Positions 29,388 through 40,800 of a stretch of 64,000 bases of DNA are shown here, one piece after another. Source of the stretch: Cyanobacteria bacterium auto_48_18. Its GTDB lineage: Bacteria > Cyanobacteriota > Vampirovibrionia > Obscuribacterales > Obscuribacteraceae. Location: assembly GCA_036170915.1 (NCBI GenBank), contig JAVHQC010000034.1:32001-96000 (forward strand), read 5' to 3'. The notes under the pieces were generated by a model. That model made no database searches, had not been told where the DNA came from, and saw nothing but the letters and a program-made list of their open reading frames with translations. Every line of letters starts with the position of its first letter. The first letter of the stretch is position 1. A program made the position numbers and the translations under genes.

Positions 29388-29414
29388 AAAACATCCTCAG
29401 ACTGGCGAAAAATA

Positions 29415-29487
29415 TACGCCCGGTTGGATTCGAACCAACGACCTCCCGCTTAGAAGGCGGGAGCTCTATCCACTGAGCTACGGGCGC
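29415..29487 (-). tRNA. tRNA-Arg (anticodon TCT), CCA not encoded
   Basis: Reverse complement GCGCCCGTAGCTCAGTGGATAGAGCTCCCGCCTTCTAAGCGGGAGGTCGTTGGTTCGAATCCAACCGGGCGTA; anticodon arm CCCGC-CTTCTAA-GCGGG, T-arm GTTGG-TTCGAAT-CCAAC. Confidence 0.97.
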
Positions 29488-29500
29488 TTAGCAGTCCGTT

Positions 29501-29506
29501 ATTATA
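29501..29506 (-). promoter_or_regulatory. Putative -10 box of tRNA-Arg promoter
   Basis: Perfect TATAAT 13 nt upstream of the tRNA 5' end; no clear -35. Confidence 0.45.
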
Positions 29507-29791
29507 ACCTACAGGGTTTTACTCGAGGTCGATATTGATGTAAAGCAGTGGCTGGATGCTGCTCAAGATGGTCGACTAGCCCAACAGTCTTTGTTTACGA
29601 AGCGTAACTTGTCACATTCCGGCTACAGCTGTGCTCTTCTTTGACAACTGGCTTCACTGTTAGGTTTCTGTCTACTGATGCCCGGGTAGGTAGTGTTAAG
29701 GTCAATCTTCTCGAATTTGTTTTTGGAACATAATTATGGTGACGGCATCATATAAGTGCCTGCTTACTGTAGCCATTGAGGTTCGAAACAG

Positions 29792-32700
29792 ATGAGTAGG
29801 CTTATGGAACGTGCAGAAATTGCACTGGAACCCAACGCACTATTGCTAATGCAGCGCTGTTCCACCGTGGCAGCCGTCGTGGCCACTCTTATCGGATTCG
29901 TTGTACTGGTGGCATGGGTCGGCTCCATTTCGAGCCTTTTGTTTCAAACTGCTGGGTATGCCACTATGAAGGCCAATACAGCTTTTTGTATTGTGCTCTG
30001 CGGTTGCGCCTCGTTGGCTGCACCGAAAGTGAAACCGCTAAGTCAATTTCTGTTTTTGCTTGCTGGCATTCTTGGGCTTCTGTCACTTGTTGAACATTGC
30101 ACACAATGGAATCTGGGAATCGACCACCTGTTGGCTTATGACAATAAGTATCAGCTTGCCGGTTCTCGTCCCGGCTTAATGTCACCAAGTACGGCATCGT
30201 GCTTGATTGCAATCTCTCTGGCTCAAGGTTTGTTCAGTAGCCGAGAAAAAGGTGGGGCAGTAAGTACAGGCTTAGTGCTGGCGACATTTATAGCTGGTCT
30301 TTTCAGTTTGATTATGCACCTTTACAATGTTCCGAATGTTTTTTCCGTTCAACCATTTACTCAGGTGGCAGTTCCCACAGCAATTGCATTAATGCTCTTA
30401 AGCGTAAGCGCTTTGTGTGCGCATCCGCGTAGAGCACCAGTTGCTATTTTGATCAGCAATACTGCCGGCGGCCTTGCCAGTCGTCGACTGATACCAGTTT
30501 GCATTGTTCTACCAGTACTGTTGGGCTGGTTGCGAGCGAAGGGTGAAGAGCAGGGCTACTACCCTTTCGAATTTGGTACGTCGCTTTTGATTCTTTCAAT
30601 GATTGTGCTTTTAAGCGGACTGATCTGGTGGGTCGCTGATACTCTAACAAGAGAAGATGCGGCTGAAAAACTTTCGACTGCGCTGAAAGCCAGTGAAGCC
30701 AAGTATCTAAGTGTTATGGAAACAGCTACTGATGCCATTTTTTCCACAGACAGAAGCGGCGCGATTGTTTTTGCCAACAGCGCTACTGCCAGTATGTTTG
30801 GCTATTCTGTTGATGAACTAGCCGGGTGCTCATTGCCGATGTTAATCACCGACGAGCCAAAACATCCACTCAACTCATCGCTTCCCGCACAGTCAGTAAA
30901 AGCTTTTGGTAAGCGAAAGAACGGTACTCTTTTCCCCGTTGAGCTCTCCATCGGCCCCTCTCGAGATGGTGGTGCTGAGGCTAATCATGGCACGATTACT
31001 TACATTGCCCGTGATACCACTCAGCGAAAACAAGCGGAGATTGCACTGCAGGAACATCAAGAACTTACGCAGGCTATTTTAGAAAGTGCCAATGATGCAT
31101 TTATTGCCATAGATGAGACAGGCTTGATTGTTGATTGGAATGATAAGGCCACTGAGACATTCGGCTGGACAAGAGAAGAAGCACTCGGCCGTAAACTTGA
31201 AGAAACGGTGCTGCCGGTGCAACACCATGAAGCCCATTCGCTCAGAATGCAGGAACTAATTAGCAATGGCGTCAATGCCACCGGCAATCAGCGTATTGAA
31301 TCGAGTTCGATGCACAAAAATGGTCATGAATTTCCTGTGGAAGTATCAATCTTCCCAGTTAGAACTAGTATTGGTACCACAGTCTGCGCTTTTATTCATG
31401 ATATTACAGAGCGCAGAAAATCAGAATTGTCGGTGCAAGCTGCTCGAGATGAAGCCCTCAGAGCCTCACGTTTCAAGACAAATTTTGTTGCGACTATGAG
31501 TCACGAAATTCGCACTCCCATGAATGGCATTCTTGGGCTTACCGAAATACTTCTGCTCACTAATCTCAACGACAAGCAACGTGATTATGCCACCACTATT
31601 CAGATTGCGGGAAACTCACTGTTAACCGTGATCAACGACGTTCTTGATTTTTCCAAAATGGAAGCTGGTAAGTTGTTTCTAGAGGTGTCCGACTTTGAGC
31701 CAATCAAGTTAGTAGAAAGTGTCGCAGAACTCCTCACTGCTTCAGCGAGCGAAAAGCAGCTTTCGCTGCTGACCTTTATAGATCCTAATCTACCACTGTC
31801 GATGAAAGGAGATCGAGGCAGGCTGAGGCAAATACTGATGAATTTGGTTGGAAACGCGATCAAGTTTTCGGAGCATGGAGAAATTTTAATTCGGGCGTCG
31901 CTTGAGAAGACTGCTAACAGCAATCAGTTGATGTTTGCGGTCACCGACACTGGAGTCGGACTATCAGAAGAAGAAATGAGCTCATTGTTTACTCCGTTTG
32001 TACAACTTGAAGGTAGTAAGGCTCAGGCCGGTACGGGATTGGGCCTTAGCATTTCAAAGCGTCTGACTGAGTTGATGAAAGGTGAGATTGGCGTCTTTAG
32101 TGAAAAGGGTAGTGGAGCGACTTTCTGGTTCTCTGTCCCATTTGAACAAGCGTCAGCAGCTAACATTCGAGAGCGTGTGCGCAGTGATGTTGCCGACGCG
32201 CGAATTTTAGTTGTTGATGACGAACAACTTGCGCGTGATGTTTTATACGACTACCTTGTCTCTTGGGAGATGCGCCCTACGGTTGCTAATGGTGGTAAGA
32301 GCGCCTTGAGAATGTTGCGTTCTGCTAACGACGCCGACCCTTACAGTGTGGTTATCGTAGACCAGATGATGCCCGACCTGGACGGTATTGAGCTTGGTCA
32401 GATAATTCGACAAGATGTGCTTTTAAAGAAAGTAAAACTAGTGCTTCTGACCTCTTTCGATCAGCCTGGTATGAGTGAAGAAGCGCTCAAAATTGGATTT
32501 GACGCCTATCTTACTAAGCCGATAAAACAAGCGCAGTTGCTAGATGCCATAGCGACCGTATTGAGTAATGAGCACGAAGCGAATCTCACCGCCATGGTCG
32601 CCGAGCAGCTCAAGCAAAATTTGACAACCATTCCACCCATAATGCGTGATGAGTTGATACTGGTGGTTGACGATCACAAAATCAATCAGCAGGTGGCCTT

Positions 32701-33376
32701 GTTGCTCTTAGGAGCTCTCGGATATGAGGTGCACATTGCCAGTAGCGGACGGCAGGCATTAGAATTTATCCAGCGAGTGCCGTACACCATGGTCTTAATG
32801 GATTGTCAGATGCCGGATCTTGACGGTTTTGACACTACGCGGGCGCTGCGAAAGATAGAAGCAGCTACTGGTGCACATATGCCAGTCATTGCTATGACTG
32901 CCCATGCCATCGAGGGCAGCCGTGAGCAGTGTCTGGCAGCGGGAATGGATGATTTCTTGAGCAAACCAATTGATTCTGCTCGTCTGCAAACAATAATAGA
33001 AAAGTGGCTGCCCTTGAATTCGGTTCAAGACAAGCTAAAAGGCAATCATTCTGGGCTGCCAGATGTTCGAGAGACATTGCAATCTAAATTTGGTGCTCAC
33101 GCTCTCGAACTTTTTGATATGTGTTTACGAGACATACCTGTCTTATTGGAAAATTTGAGAATAGCGGTGAGCGCAAAAGGTATCACTGAAGTGAAAAGCT
33201 TCGCTCACGATTTGAAAGGCATTTCTGGCACAGTTTGCGCTTATGAAATGCACAAGTCTTGTAGCGATATTGAGTTAGCGTCGGGAGATGCCGACTGGCA
33301 AAAAGTAAACTTGCTGGTAGATCGACTTGAAAATCAGTTTGCTACCCTAAAACAATCGCCACCAGTATTAAAGTAA
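29792..33376 (+). CDS. Membrane hybrid sensor histidine kinase (multi-TM - PAS - PAS - HisKA - HATPase - REC - REC - Hpt)
   Basis: MSHEIRTPMNG, NLVGNAIKF, DTGVG, GTGLGL; two receivers (DQMMPDLDG, DCQMPDLDG); Hpt AHDLKG. Confidence 0.95.
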   Translation: MSRLMERAEIALEPNALLLMQRCSTVAAVVATLIGFVVLVAWVGSISSLLFQTAGYATMKANTAFCIVLCGCASLAAPKVKPLSQFLFLLAGILGLLSLVEHCTQWNLGIDHLLAYDNKYQLAGSRPGLMSPSTASCLIAISLAQGLFSSREKGGAVSTGLVLATFIAGLFSLIMHLYNVPNVFSVQPFTQVAVPTAIALMLLSVSALCAHPRRAPVAILISNTAGGLASRRLIPVCIVLPVLLGWLRAKGEEQGYYPFEFGTSLLILSMIVLLSGLIWWVADTLTREDAAEKLSTALKASEAKYLSVMETATDAIFSTDRSGAIVFANSATASMFGYSVDELAGCSLPMLITDEPKHPLNSSLPAQSVKAFGKRKNGTLFPVELSIGPSRDGGAEANHGTITYIARDTTQRKQAEIALQEHQELTQAILESANDAFIAIDETGLIVDWNDKATETFGWTREEALGRKLEETVLPVQHHEAHSLRMQELISNGVNATGNQRIESSSMHKNGHEFPVEVSIFPVRTSIGTTVCAFIHDITERRKSELSVQAARDEALRASRFKTNFVATMSHEIRTPMNGILGLTEILLLTNLNDKQRDYATTIQIAGNSLLTVINDVLDFSKMEAGKLFLEVSDFEPIKLVESVAELLTASASEKQLSLLTFIDPNLPLSMKGDRGRLRQILMNLVGNAIKFSEHGEILIRASLEKTANSNQLMFAVTDTGVGLSEEEMSSLFTPFVQLEGSKAQAGTGLGLSISKRLTELMKGEIGVFSEKGSGATFWFSVPFEQASAANIRERVRSDVADARILVVDDEQLARDVLYDYLVSWEMRPTVANGGKSALRMLRSANDADPYSVVIVDQMMPDLDGIELGQIIRQDVLLKKVKLVLLTSFDQPGMSEEALKIGFDAYLTKPIKQAQLLDAIATVLSNEHEANLTAMVAEQLKQNLTTIPPIMRDELILVVDDHKINQQVALLLLGALGYEVHIASSGRQALEFIQRVPYTMVLMDCQMPDLDGFDTTRALRKIEAATGAHMPVIAMTAHAIEGSREQCLAAGMDDFLSKPIDSARLQTIIEKWLPLNSVQDKLKGNHSGLPDVRETLQSKFGAHALELFDMCLRDIPVLLENLRIAVSAKGITEVKSFAHDLKGISGTVCAYEMHKSCSDIELASGDADWQKVNLLVDRLENQFATLKQSPPVLK

Positions 33377-33428
33377 TTGCGAGCCGATGAAATCGCGGCT
33401 TAAATTACACAGCAAAGTACGTATCAAA

Positions 33429-36400
33429 TTACACCTTGGGTGCCGGCTCATGTTTCTCGTTTATTAGTTTATAAACTGAGGGTAGCACTAACAGAGTTAA
33501 GAGAGTGCTTGAGATTAGTCCGCCCAGAATGACAGTGGCTAGCGGCCTCTGTACTTCCGCGCCTGTGCCTGAAGAAAATACCTTCGGAAGCAGTCCTACC
33601 GTGGCAACTAAAGCCGTCATTAGCACCGGCCGCAAGCGAATCAGCGCGCCTTTGACCACGGCTTCGGCAATCGGCCACCCGGCTTTTTCCATCTGCATAA
33701 TATAGCTAACAAGAATTACGCCGTTTTGCACGGCCACGCCAAACAGAGCGATAAAGCCGATTAGAGCTGGTACAGACAAAGTTTGGTGCGAAATTAAGAG
33801 TCCGAGAATGCCGCCGATCATAGCAAAGGGCACATTCATCATAATAAGGCCAGCGTTGCGGAGCGAACCAAACGAGGCAAACAAAAGTATAAATATCAAT
33901 AAGAGCACGATCGGTACAACGATGGCCAGGCGAGCCATTGCTCTTTGCTGGTTTTCAAACTGTCCGGCCCAAACCACTTTGTAGCCTTTGGGAATAACCA
34001 CATTTTGCTCTACTTTCTTTTGTGCTTCAGCCACAAAACTGCCCAGGTCGCGACCGCGCACATTTGACAAAACCGCTGTGCGACGAATGCCATCTTCGCG
34101 ATTCAATGTCACACAGCCGCGCTCAAGAGTAATATCGGCAAGCGTTTTAAGCGGCACTTTGCCACCATCAGGAGTATCAATGATCATCGACTCAATTTGT
34201 TGTCTGCTGTCTCTATAATCGAGTGGAAAACGGACAAGCACGCCAAATCTCTGAGTGCCTTCTATCACTTCAGTCACCTGCCGACCGGCAAGAGCGGTTT
34301 GCACTGTATCTAATACGTCGTCTGTATTAAGGCCGTAGCGAGCCAATGTGCGGCGCTTCAATCGAATCTTGAGCTGGGGCAAACCGAGCAATTGCTCTCG
34401 CTGCAAATCCGCTACTCCAGGAACTTGAGATATCTGGCCCTTTATATCGTTGGCTAGGTTGTTTAAGGTAATTGGGTCATCACCGAAAATTTTGACGCCC
34501 AGATCAGCTCGTATACCTGCCACCAGATCGTCAATCATGTCGGCAATTGGTTGAGAAAAACTGAACGTCAAACCTGGTATGCCCTTTAATTTCGCGGCCA
34601 TCAGATCTACTAATCGGTCTTTGCTCTGGGTGGTTTTCCACTGCGATCGCGGCTTCAAAGAAATAAACACGTCGCTCGACTCGACTCCGTCTAATCCTGG
34701 TCCTGTGCCGGATCTGCCTGTGCGAGAAACTACATTTACAACCTCGGGAAATTGCATAATTGTCTCTTCAATAGCGGTGGCAATTCCCCTCGAGTTACTG
34801 TGTGCAATACTTGCTGCCAGTTTTGTGCGCAAAAGAATGGGCCCTTCATCTAGAGAAGGAATAAATTCAGAGCCCAAAAAAGGCACCACAGCCAGTGTGC
34901 ACAATAGAGCAGCAACTGCGGTAACAATAATCGTGCGTGGGCGTGCTACTGCTGTCTTTAAGGCGGGTAGGTACACTCTGCTAACAAAGCTCAGAACTTT
35001 GTTCTCGCGTTCTACCAGAGGCTTGCGCATGGTCCAATAGCAAAGCACCGGAATGACAGTCAGCGCGCAAAGAAGCGAGCCTGCCAGCGCATAAATAAAG
35101 GTCAGCGCCAGCGGATGGAACATCTTCCCTTCCACACCTTCTAAAGTGAACAGCGGAAGGTAAACAGCAATAATAATGGCAATAGCAAAGACAATTGGCC
35201 GACCAACTTCGATAGCGGCATGGGCAATAACCTTTAAAGTACTGCGATCATCAAGTTCATTTTCTTTGCGCTCGGCCAGATGCCTGAAAATGTTCTCAAC
35301 CATGACCACGCCGGCGTCAACAATGATGCCAAAGTCAACTGCACCTAAAGTCATGAGATTGGCTGTCAGACCAGTATATTTCATCAAAATGAAACTAAAT
35401 AATAGTGACAGCGGAATAATTACTGAGACTATTAATGCGCTGGGAATGTGCAGCAGCATAGCTGTCAAAATAATGATAACCAGTGCACCACTGAAGCCCA
35501 ATATTTCTTTGACAGTTTCGATGGTTTTTTCTACTAAGTCGGTTTGGTCATAGAATGGAACTATCTTTACGCCGCGCGGTAAGTCCGCCTGAATTTCGTG
35601 AACTTTTTCTCTGACTCGCTCTACTACTTGTTTGGTATTTACGCCCTTGCGGGTCAATACGATGCCGGTGACACACTCGCCGCGTCCAATACGTGAAGCC
35701 GATCCACGGCGAAATGCCGGACCAATTTCTACCGTTGCTACGCGTTCAATGGTGACTGGAACACCCTTTACAGATTTGAGTACGATATTGCGAATATCGT
35801 CTATCTGCTCAATGCGACCCATGCCGCGAATAATTACTTCTTCGCCGGCATTTTCGATAAAATTGCCGCCGGCATTAGCATTGTTTGTCTCTAGTGCACT
35901 GGTGACATCGTTTAAGCTCAAGTTGTAACCACGAAGCTTATACGGGTCCACTTGTACCTGATATTGCTTAACGTATCCGCCATAAGTTGAAACGTTGGCG
36001 ACCCCAGGCACTGACTTTAGTCGCCTGGATATGGTCCAGTCTTGCAAGGTGCGCAAGGCGGTGTGGTCTAAAGTATTTGACTCAAGGTAATACATATAGA
36101 CGTTGCTGAAGCTCGAAACCACTGGCCCTAAAATGGGCCGCGGACAGCCAGCTGGTAGCAATTGCTCTGATTGCAAAAGACGTTGCTGGATTAAATTGCG
36201 GGCAAAATAAACATCGGTATCATCATCAAAGATGGCTGTTACAACCGAAAGGCCAAAGCTTGAACTTGAGCGAATTTTCTTAACTTTGGGCAAGCCATTG
36301 AGTGTGTTTTCAATGGGAAACGTAACCAGAGATTCAACCTCTTCAGTAGCCATACTTTCAGGCTCAGTAATAATCTGAACTTGAACATTACTGACATCTG

Positions 36401-36518
36401 GAAAGGAGTCAACGGGCAAGCTGAGCATTGACCATATGCCAAACATGGCCAGACCGATTGCTGTAGCTATTGTTAAAAGCCTTTGATTTAAGGCAAAAGT
36501 TATTAGTTTTTCGATCAA
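33429..36518 (-). CDS. czcA: CzcA/CusA-family heavy-metal efflux RND permease
   Basis: DSFPDVSNVQVQI, AVDFGIIVDAGVVMVEN, GVEGKMFHPLA, GVAVQNG, RLRPVLMTA; TTG start. Confidence 0.92.
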   Translation of the reverse strand: MIEKLITFALNQRLLTIATAIGLAMFGIWSMLSLPVDSFPDVSNVQVQIITEPESMATEEVESLVTFPIENTLNGLPKVKKIRSSSSFGLSVVTAIFDDDTDVYFARNLIQQRLLQSEQLLPAGCPRPILGPVVSSFSNVYMYYLESNTLDHTALRTLQDWTISRRLKSVPGVANVSTYGGYVKQYQVQVDPYKLRGYNLSLNDVTSALETNNANAGGNFIENAGEEVIIRGMGRIEQIDDIRNIVLKSVKGVPVTIERVATVEIGPAFRRGSASRIGRGECVTGIVLTRKGVNTKQVVERVREKVHEIQADLPRGVKIVPFYDQTDLVEKTIETVKEILGFSGALVIIILTAMLLHIPSALIVSVIIPLSLLFSFILMKYTGLTANLMTLGAVDFGIIVDAGVVMVENIFRHLAERKENELDDRSTLKVIAHAAIEVGRPIVFAIAIIIAVYLPLFTLEGVEGKMFHPLALTFIYALAGSLLCALTVIPVLCYWTMRKPLVERENKVLSFVSRVYLPALKTAVARPRTIIVTAVAALLCTLAVVPFLGSEFIPSLDEGPILLRTKLAASIAHSNSRGIATAIEETIMQFPEVVNVVSRTGRSGTGPGLDGVESSDVFISLKPRSQWKTTQSKDRLVDLMAAKLKGIPGLTFSFSQPIADMIDDLVAGIRADLGVKIFGDDPITLNNLANDIKGQISQVPGVADLQREQLLGLPQLKIRLKRRTLARYGLNTDDVLDTVQTALAGRQVTEVIEGTQRFGVLVRFPLDYRDSRQQIESMIIDTPDGGKVPLKTLADITLERGCVTLNREDGIRRTAVLSNVRGRDLGSFVAEAQKKVEQNVVIPKGYKVVWAGQFENQQRAMARLAIVVPIVLLLIFILLFASFGSLRNAGLIMMNVPFAMIGGILGLLISHQTLSVPALIGFIALFGVAVQNGVILVSYIMQMEKAGWPIAEAVVKGALIRLRPVLMTALVATVGLLPKVFSSGTGAEVQRPLATVILGGLISSTLLTLLVLPSVYKLINEKHEPAPKV

Positions 36519-36617
36519 ACGAAAGATTCCTGAAAGAGAGACGTGGTGCGGTTTTCAGCACTATTGAAAACTGCTGAAGTTATCTCTATCAATAGCATAC
36601 TTGGAGCAGAAGTTGGG

Positions 36618-37841
36618 TTACTGAGTAGCTCGCTGCAAAGATTCGCCCAGTAGTTGAAGGCTGCCATTCACCACCACTTTGTCATGAGGATGCAGGCCGC
36701 TCAAAATTTCAACGTAACCACCAGTGGTGCGGCCGGGACTGACTTTCTTTTCCAAATAAGTATCACCTGGACCGTCAACATAAACTAAATAAGTCTCACC
36801 GGCTTTTTGCAGTGACGGTTCAGGCACCATTAAGGCCGTGGTGGCACCCACTTGCACCGACATGCGCGCAAACATTTCTGGCTTTAGTCTTTGGGCTTGA
36901 TTATCAATTGTTACTCGCACTGCCATGGTTCTTGTCTGGGCGTCTACTTTTGAATCGACAAAATCAAGCACACCAGGGAATTTTTCATCAGGCAAACTGT
37001 CTACGAGAACCGTCACCGGCATGCCTTTCCTGACAAAACGCAAATTATTTTCCAGCACATTTGCTTTCAGCCAAACTTTAGATAGATCCGAGACCGAAAA
37101 AAGTGCTTTGCCGCCTTCAACTAATTCGCCCGGGTCGCAGTCTCTTTCAGTAATTATTCCTGAGCGCGGTGCAGTAATATCGAACACCAGTTGAATGTGC
37201 CGGCTTTTCACCACGCTATCGACCAGTGTCGGCGACGTACCGTAAAGGCGCAAGCGTTCTTTACTCGAAATAATCAGAGTCTGTTGCTTTTCGTCGGTGG
37301 CCAGAACTTCTTCTTTTGCTTGCTCGAGATCGCTTTCGGCCTGATCGACATCTGCCTTGGCTGCGATTTGCTCTTCCAGCAATTTATTTTTGCGCTCAAA
37401 TACTTTCTGCGCCAGGGCAACCTTTAGTGTAGCGTGTCGCCTTTCTGACTTTAACTCGAGCAATTTGGTCAATAAATCACTTTGTATTTGAGCAATTTCA
37501 TCACTGCGAATTTTTGCTAGCACCTGCCCCATTTTTACGTGGTCGCCAGGTTGCACCAGCACTTCTTCGATGCGCCCTGGTGTGAGTGATATCACGGGCG
37601 TGCTCAGGTTTGTGTTGGCGAGCACCGTGCCGGCTGCTTCGCAAACAATTGGCAATGTTTTTACCGCCACCACTTCGGTAGTGATACCAATCTTTCTTTG
37701 CTGGGTTTTCGATAACGCAATGGGGTCACTGGGGCTAGCAGCGTGGGTTGCGGGAGCGTCGCCATGCTTCAGCACCGCGGCTGTGTCAGTGGCACTGCAA
37801 CCGGTCAAAAAGAGAAAACTAAATAGCAAAAGTTTTTTCAT
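36618..37841 (-). CDS. czcB: RND periplasmic adaptor (membrane fusion protein), lipoprotein
   Basis: Lipobox LTGC, PGRIEEVLVQPGDHVK.GQVL, ITAPRSGII, DAQTRT..VR, LKPEMF. Confidence 0.88.
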   Translation of the reverse strand: MKKLLLFSFLFLTGCSATDTAAVLKHGDAPATHAASPSDPIALSKTQQRKIGITTEVVAVKTLPIVCEAAGTVLANTNLSTPVISLTPGRIEEVLVQPGDHVKMGQVLAKIRSDEIAQIQSDLLTKLLELKSERRHATLKVALAQKVFERKNKLLEEQIAAKADVDQAESDLEQAKEEVLATDEKQQTLIISSKERLRLYGTSPTLVDSVVKSRHIQLVFDITAPRSGIITERDCDPGELVEGGKALFSVSDLSKVWLKANVLENNLRFVRKGMPVTVLVDSLPDEKFPGVLDFVDSKVDAQTRTMAVRVTIDNQAQRLKPEMFARMSVQVGATTALMVPEPSLQKAGETYLVYVDGPGDTYLEKKVSPGRTTGGYVEILSGLHPHDKVVVNGSLQLLGESLQRATQ

Positions 37842-40800
37842 AGTTTTTTTGATTCTTCTTGTTCTACTACGACTAACTCTTCTACTGCTTTAATTTCTTT
37901 CGCCGCTTGTTCTTGCTCTTGGTGTTCCAAAAACTCTCTCACTTTCTGTGGCCTGCCGGGGCTAGGGCGGAATTTTAAATAAAGAGCGGGCAGTACATAT
38001 AATGTCAAAAGTGTGCAAGACATTAGCCCTCCGATTATCACGATAGCAAAGGGTTTTTGTGTTTGCGAGCCAATTTCGTTTGACAGGGCAGCCGGCAGCA
38101 GTCCGACTGCTGCAATAGTAGCAGTCATCAACACCGGTCGCATACGGGTGATTGAGCCATGATAGACAGCGTCTTTTATAGACATGCCCTGATGGCGCAG
38201 TTCGTTGACAAAAGATACGAGCAAAATGCCATTTTTTACAGCCAGACCAAACAGTGCAATCAAGCCGACTCCGGCAGAAATTGAGAAATATGTGCCGGTT
38301 AAATTGAGGGCGAATACCGCGCCAATAGCGGCCAGTGGCACTACTGAGAACATAATTACAGCGCCCCCAAGGGTGCCGCAAGCTATATATAAGATGGTAA
38401 TGATGATTGCAAGCGTAATTGGCAATACCATTGTCAGCTGGTGGGCAGCTTCGCGTTGTCTTTGAAATTCTCCTGTCCACTGCACGTGATAGCCATGGGG
38501 CAATTTGACTTCCTTTTCCACCCGCTTCTGTGCTTCTTCAACGGCGGTAGCCAGGTCGCGACCTCGCACATTGGCGCGAATGGTGCCCATGCGCGAGCCG
38601 GCATCGCGCCAAATTTGACTGGCACCGTTGACTTCAGTCAAAGTGGCCAGTTGCGCCAGTGAAACGGTGGCGCCCGACGGTGTATCTACCAGCACATTAT
38701 GCAGAGCGTCTTCAGTGTTGCGATATTTTGGTGCCAGTCTGACAATAACTTCAAAGCGTTTCTCACCTTCAATCACAGAAGTCGCCGGCGAGCCACCAAT
38801 GGCAATTTCGGTGAGCGATTTTAAATCGGCTTCGTTGAGGCCAAATCGCGCCGCTTCAGCTCTATCAATTTCAATGACAAATTGCGGCTGACCTAAGAGC
38901 GGGTCAACGATAACGTCCACAATTCCAGGAGTCTCAGACATAATGGTGCCCGTGTGCTGGGCCAGTTTTTCAAGCTCTGCCAGGTTCGGCCCTGTTACTT
39001 TTGCCACTAGAGAGCCCTGTACTCCTGAAAGGGCCTCGTCTAGCGTGGTCTGAATATATTGAGTGAAATAATATCCAACCCCCGGAATTTGCTCCAGATC
39101 TTTGCGCATTGCGGCAATCAATAATTCTTTGTTTTCTTTGAATATGGGGCGCCATTCTTTTGCCGCTTTCAAATCAACATAATATTCCTGGTCGGCAAAA
39201 CGCGCCGGATCAGTACCGTCATCTGGCCCGCCCACTTGCGAGAGCACCTGTTTGACTTCGGGGTAGCGCAATAGTGTTTCGCGAATTTCAGCTGCGTTTT
39301 TGACTGATTGGTCTAAAGTGACGCTACCTGGTTTGATGGTGGCCCTGAGCCAGATATTGCCTTCTTCTAAATGCGGAAGAAACTCGCTGCCTGTATGTAA
39401 AAACATATTGGCAGCGATGCCCACTGCCACTAACGATGAAAGGATAACCGGCAGCGGGTGCTTCAGGCACCAGGTCAAAGTTGGCTTGTAGAGCGCTTTA
39501 GCACCAGTCACAATTGGGCTTTGCCGCTCAATTAAAGGCTTTTTGATCAAGGAAAACGAAGCCAGCACGGGCACCAGAGCCAGTGCCAGAAGGCCGGCAC
39601 CAATCAGAGCCGATACCATGGTGGCGGCCAGTGGGCGGAATAACTTTCCTTCCACGCCACTGAAAGTAAAAATGGGTAAGAACGTAGCGACAATGACCAC
39701 GATGCCAAATACGATTGGGCCCGCTACTTCTCTGGCTGAATCAGTCAATATCAGTAGCCTTTGTGCGGGTGTTTTATCTTGACCTTCTTCTGATAGTCGC
39801 CTGATGATATTTTCTGTCATCACCACGGCACTATCTACAAGAATGCCAAAATCGATTGCTCCTAAACTGAGCAGATTGGCCGGTACGCCGAGCAAACATA
39901 ATGCGATAAAGGCGGCCAGCATCGACAGGGGAATGACGCAGGCAGTAATAATTGCCGAGCGCAAATCAACCAGAAATATAGCCAGTAAGACAACAACGAG
40001 AGTGATACCAATAGTGACATTGGTACCAACAGTGGTGAGCGTTTGATTAATTAGCCACTCGCGGTCGTACAACGTTGTCAGCTTCACCCCTGGTGGCAGA
40101 GTGGCTCTGATATCAGGCAGGCGCTCTTTAATTGCCTGCAGCACACGGGTAGGATTTTCGCCCCGGCGCAGAAGCACAATGCCTTCCACGCAGTCGTCTT
40201 CAGTGCCGTGACCGGCCTGCCCGCGCCTGACCATGGGGCCAATTTCAACATCGGCCACATCGCGCAGCTTAATTGGAATGCCGCCTGCAGTTGACTCAAT
40301 GGTGACGTTGCGCAAATCTTCTTCGTCTTTAATCAAACCTATTTGGCGCACAATTAAAGCGCTGCCGTTGTGTTCGATAAAACCACCGCCTGTGGTGGCA
40401 TTGCAATGTTCTACGGTGTCAAAAACTTGTTTTAGGGTAATGCCGCGAGCCCGCAGTTTGAGCGGGTCTACGTTGACCTGGTAGGTTTTAGTCGGCCCGC
40501 CTTCGCTGACGATGCCGATTACCCCAGGAATCTGGCGGAAGAGTTTTTCCAGATCCCACTGTTGAATGGCCCTCAGGCCCATGGGTGAAACATATGGGCT
40601 GGAGAGCGAATAGCGAAATATTTCCCTCAATGAGCCTACATCTGGTTCTAAAGTGGGTTCCACGTCAGGTGGAATATTGGCCTGTTGAATGCGCTCAAGT
40701 ACTTGCTGTCTGGCAAATGCAGTGGTGGTGCCATCTGTATAGGTCGAAATAATTACCGACAAGCCATAAAGCGAGAGCGACCGCAGAGCCGTTTGACCAG

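Noticed and set aside
29415..33376. Genomic island integrated at tRNA-Arg
   Set aside because: No integrase and no duplicated tRNA 3' end was noticed in the window
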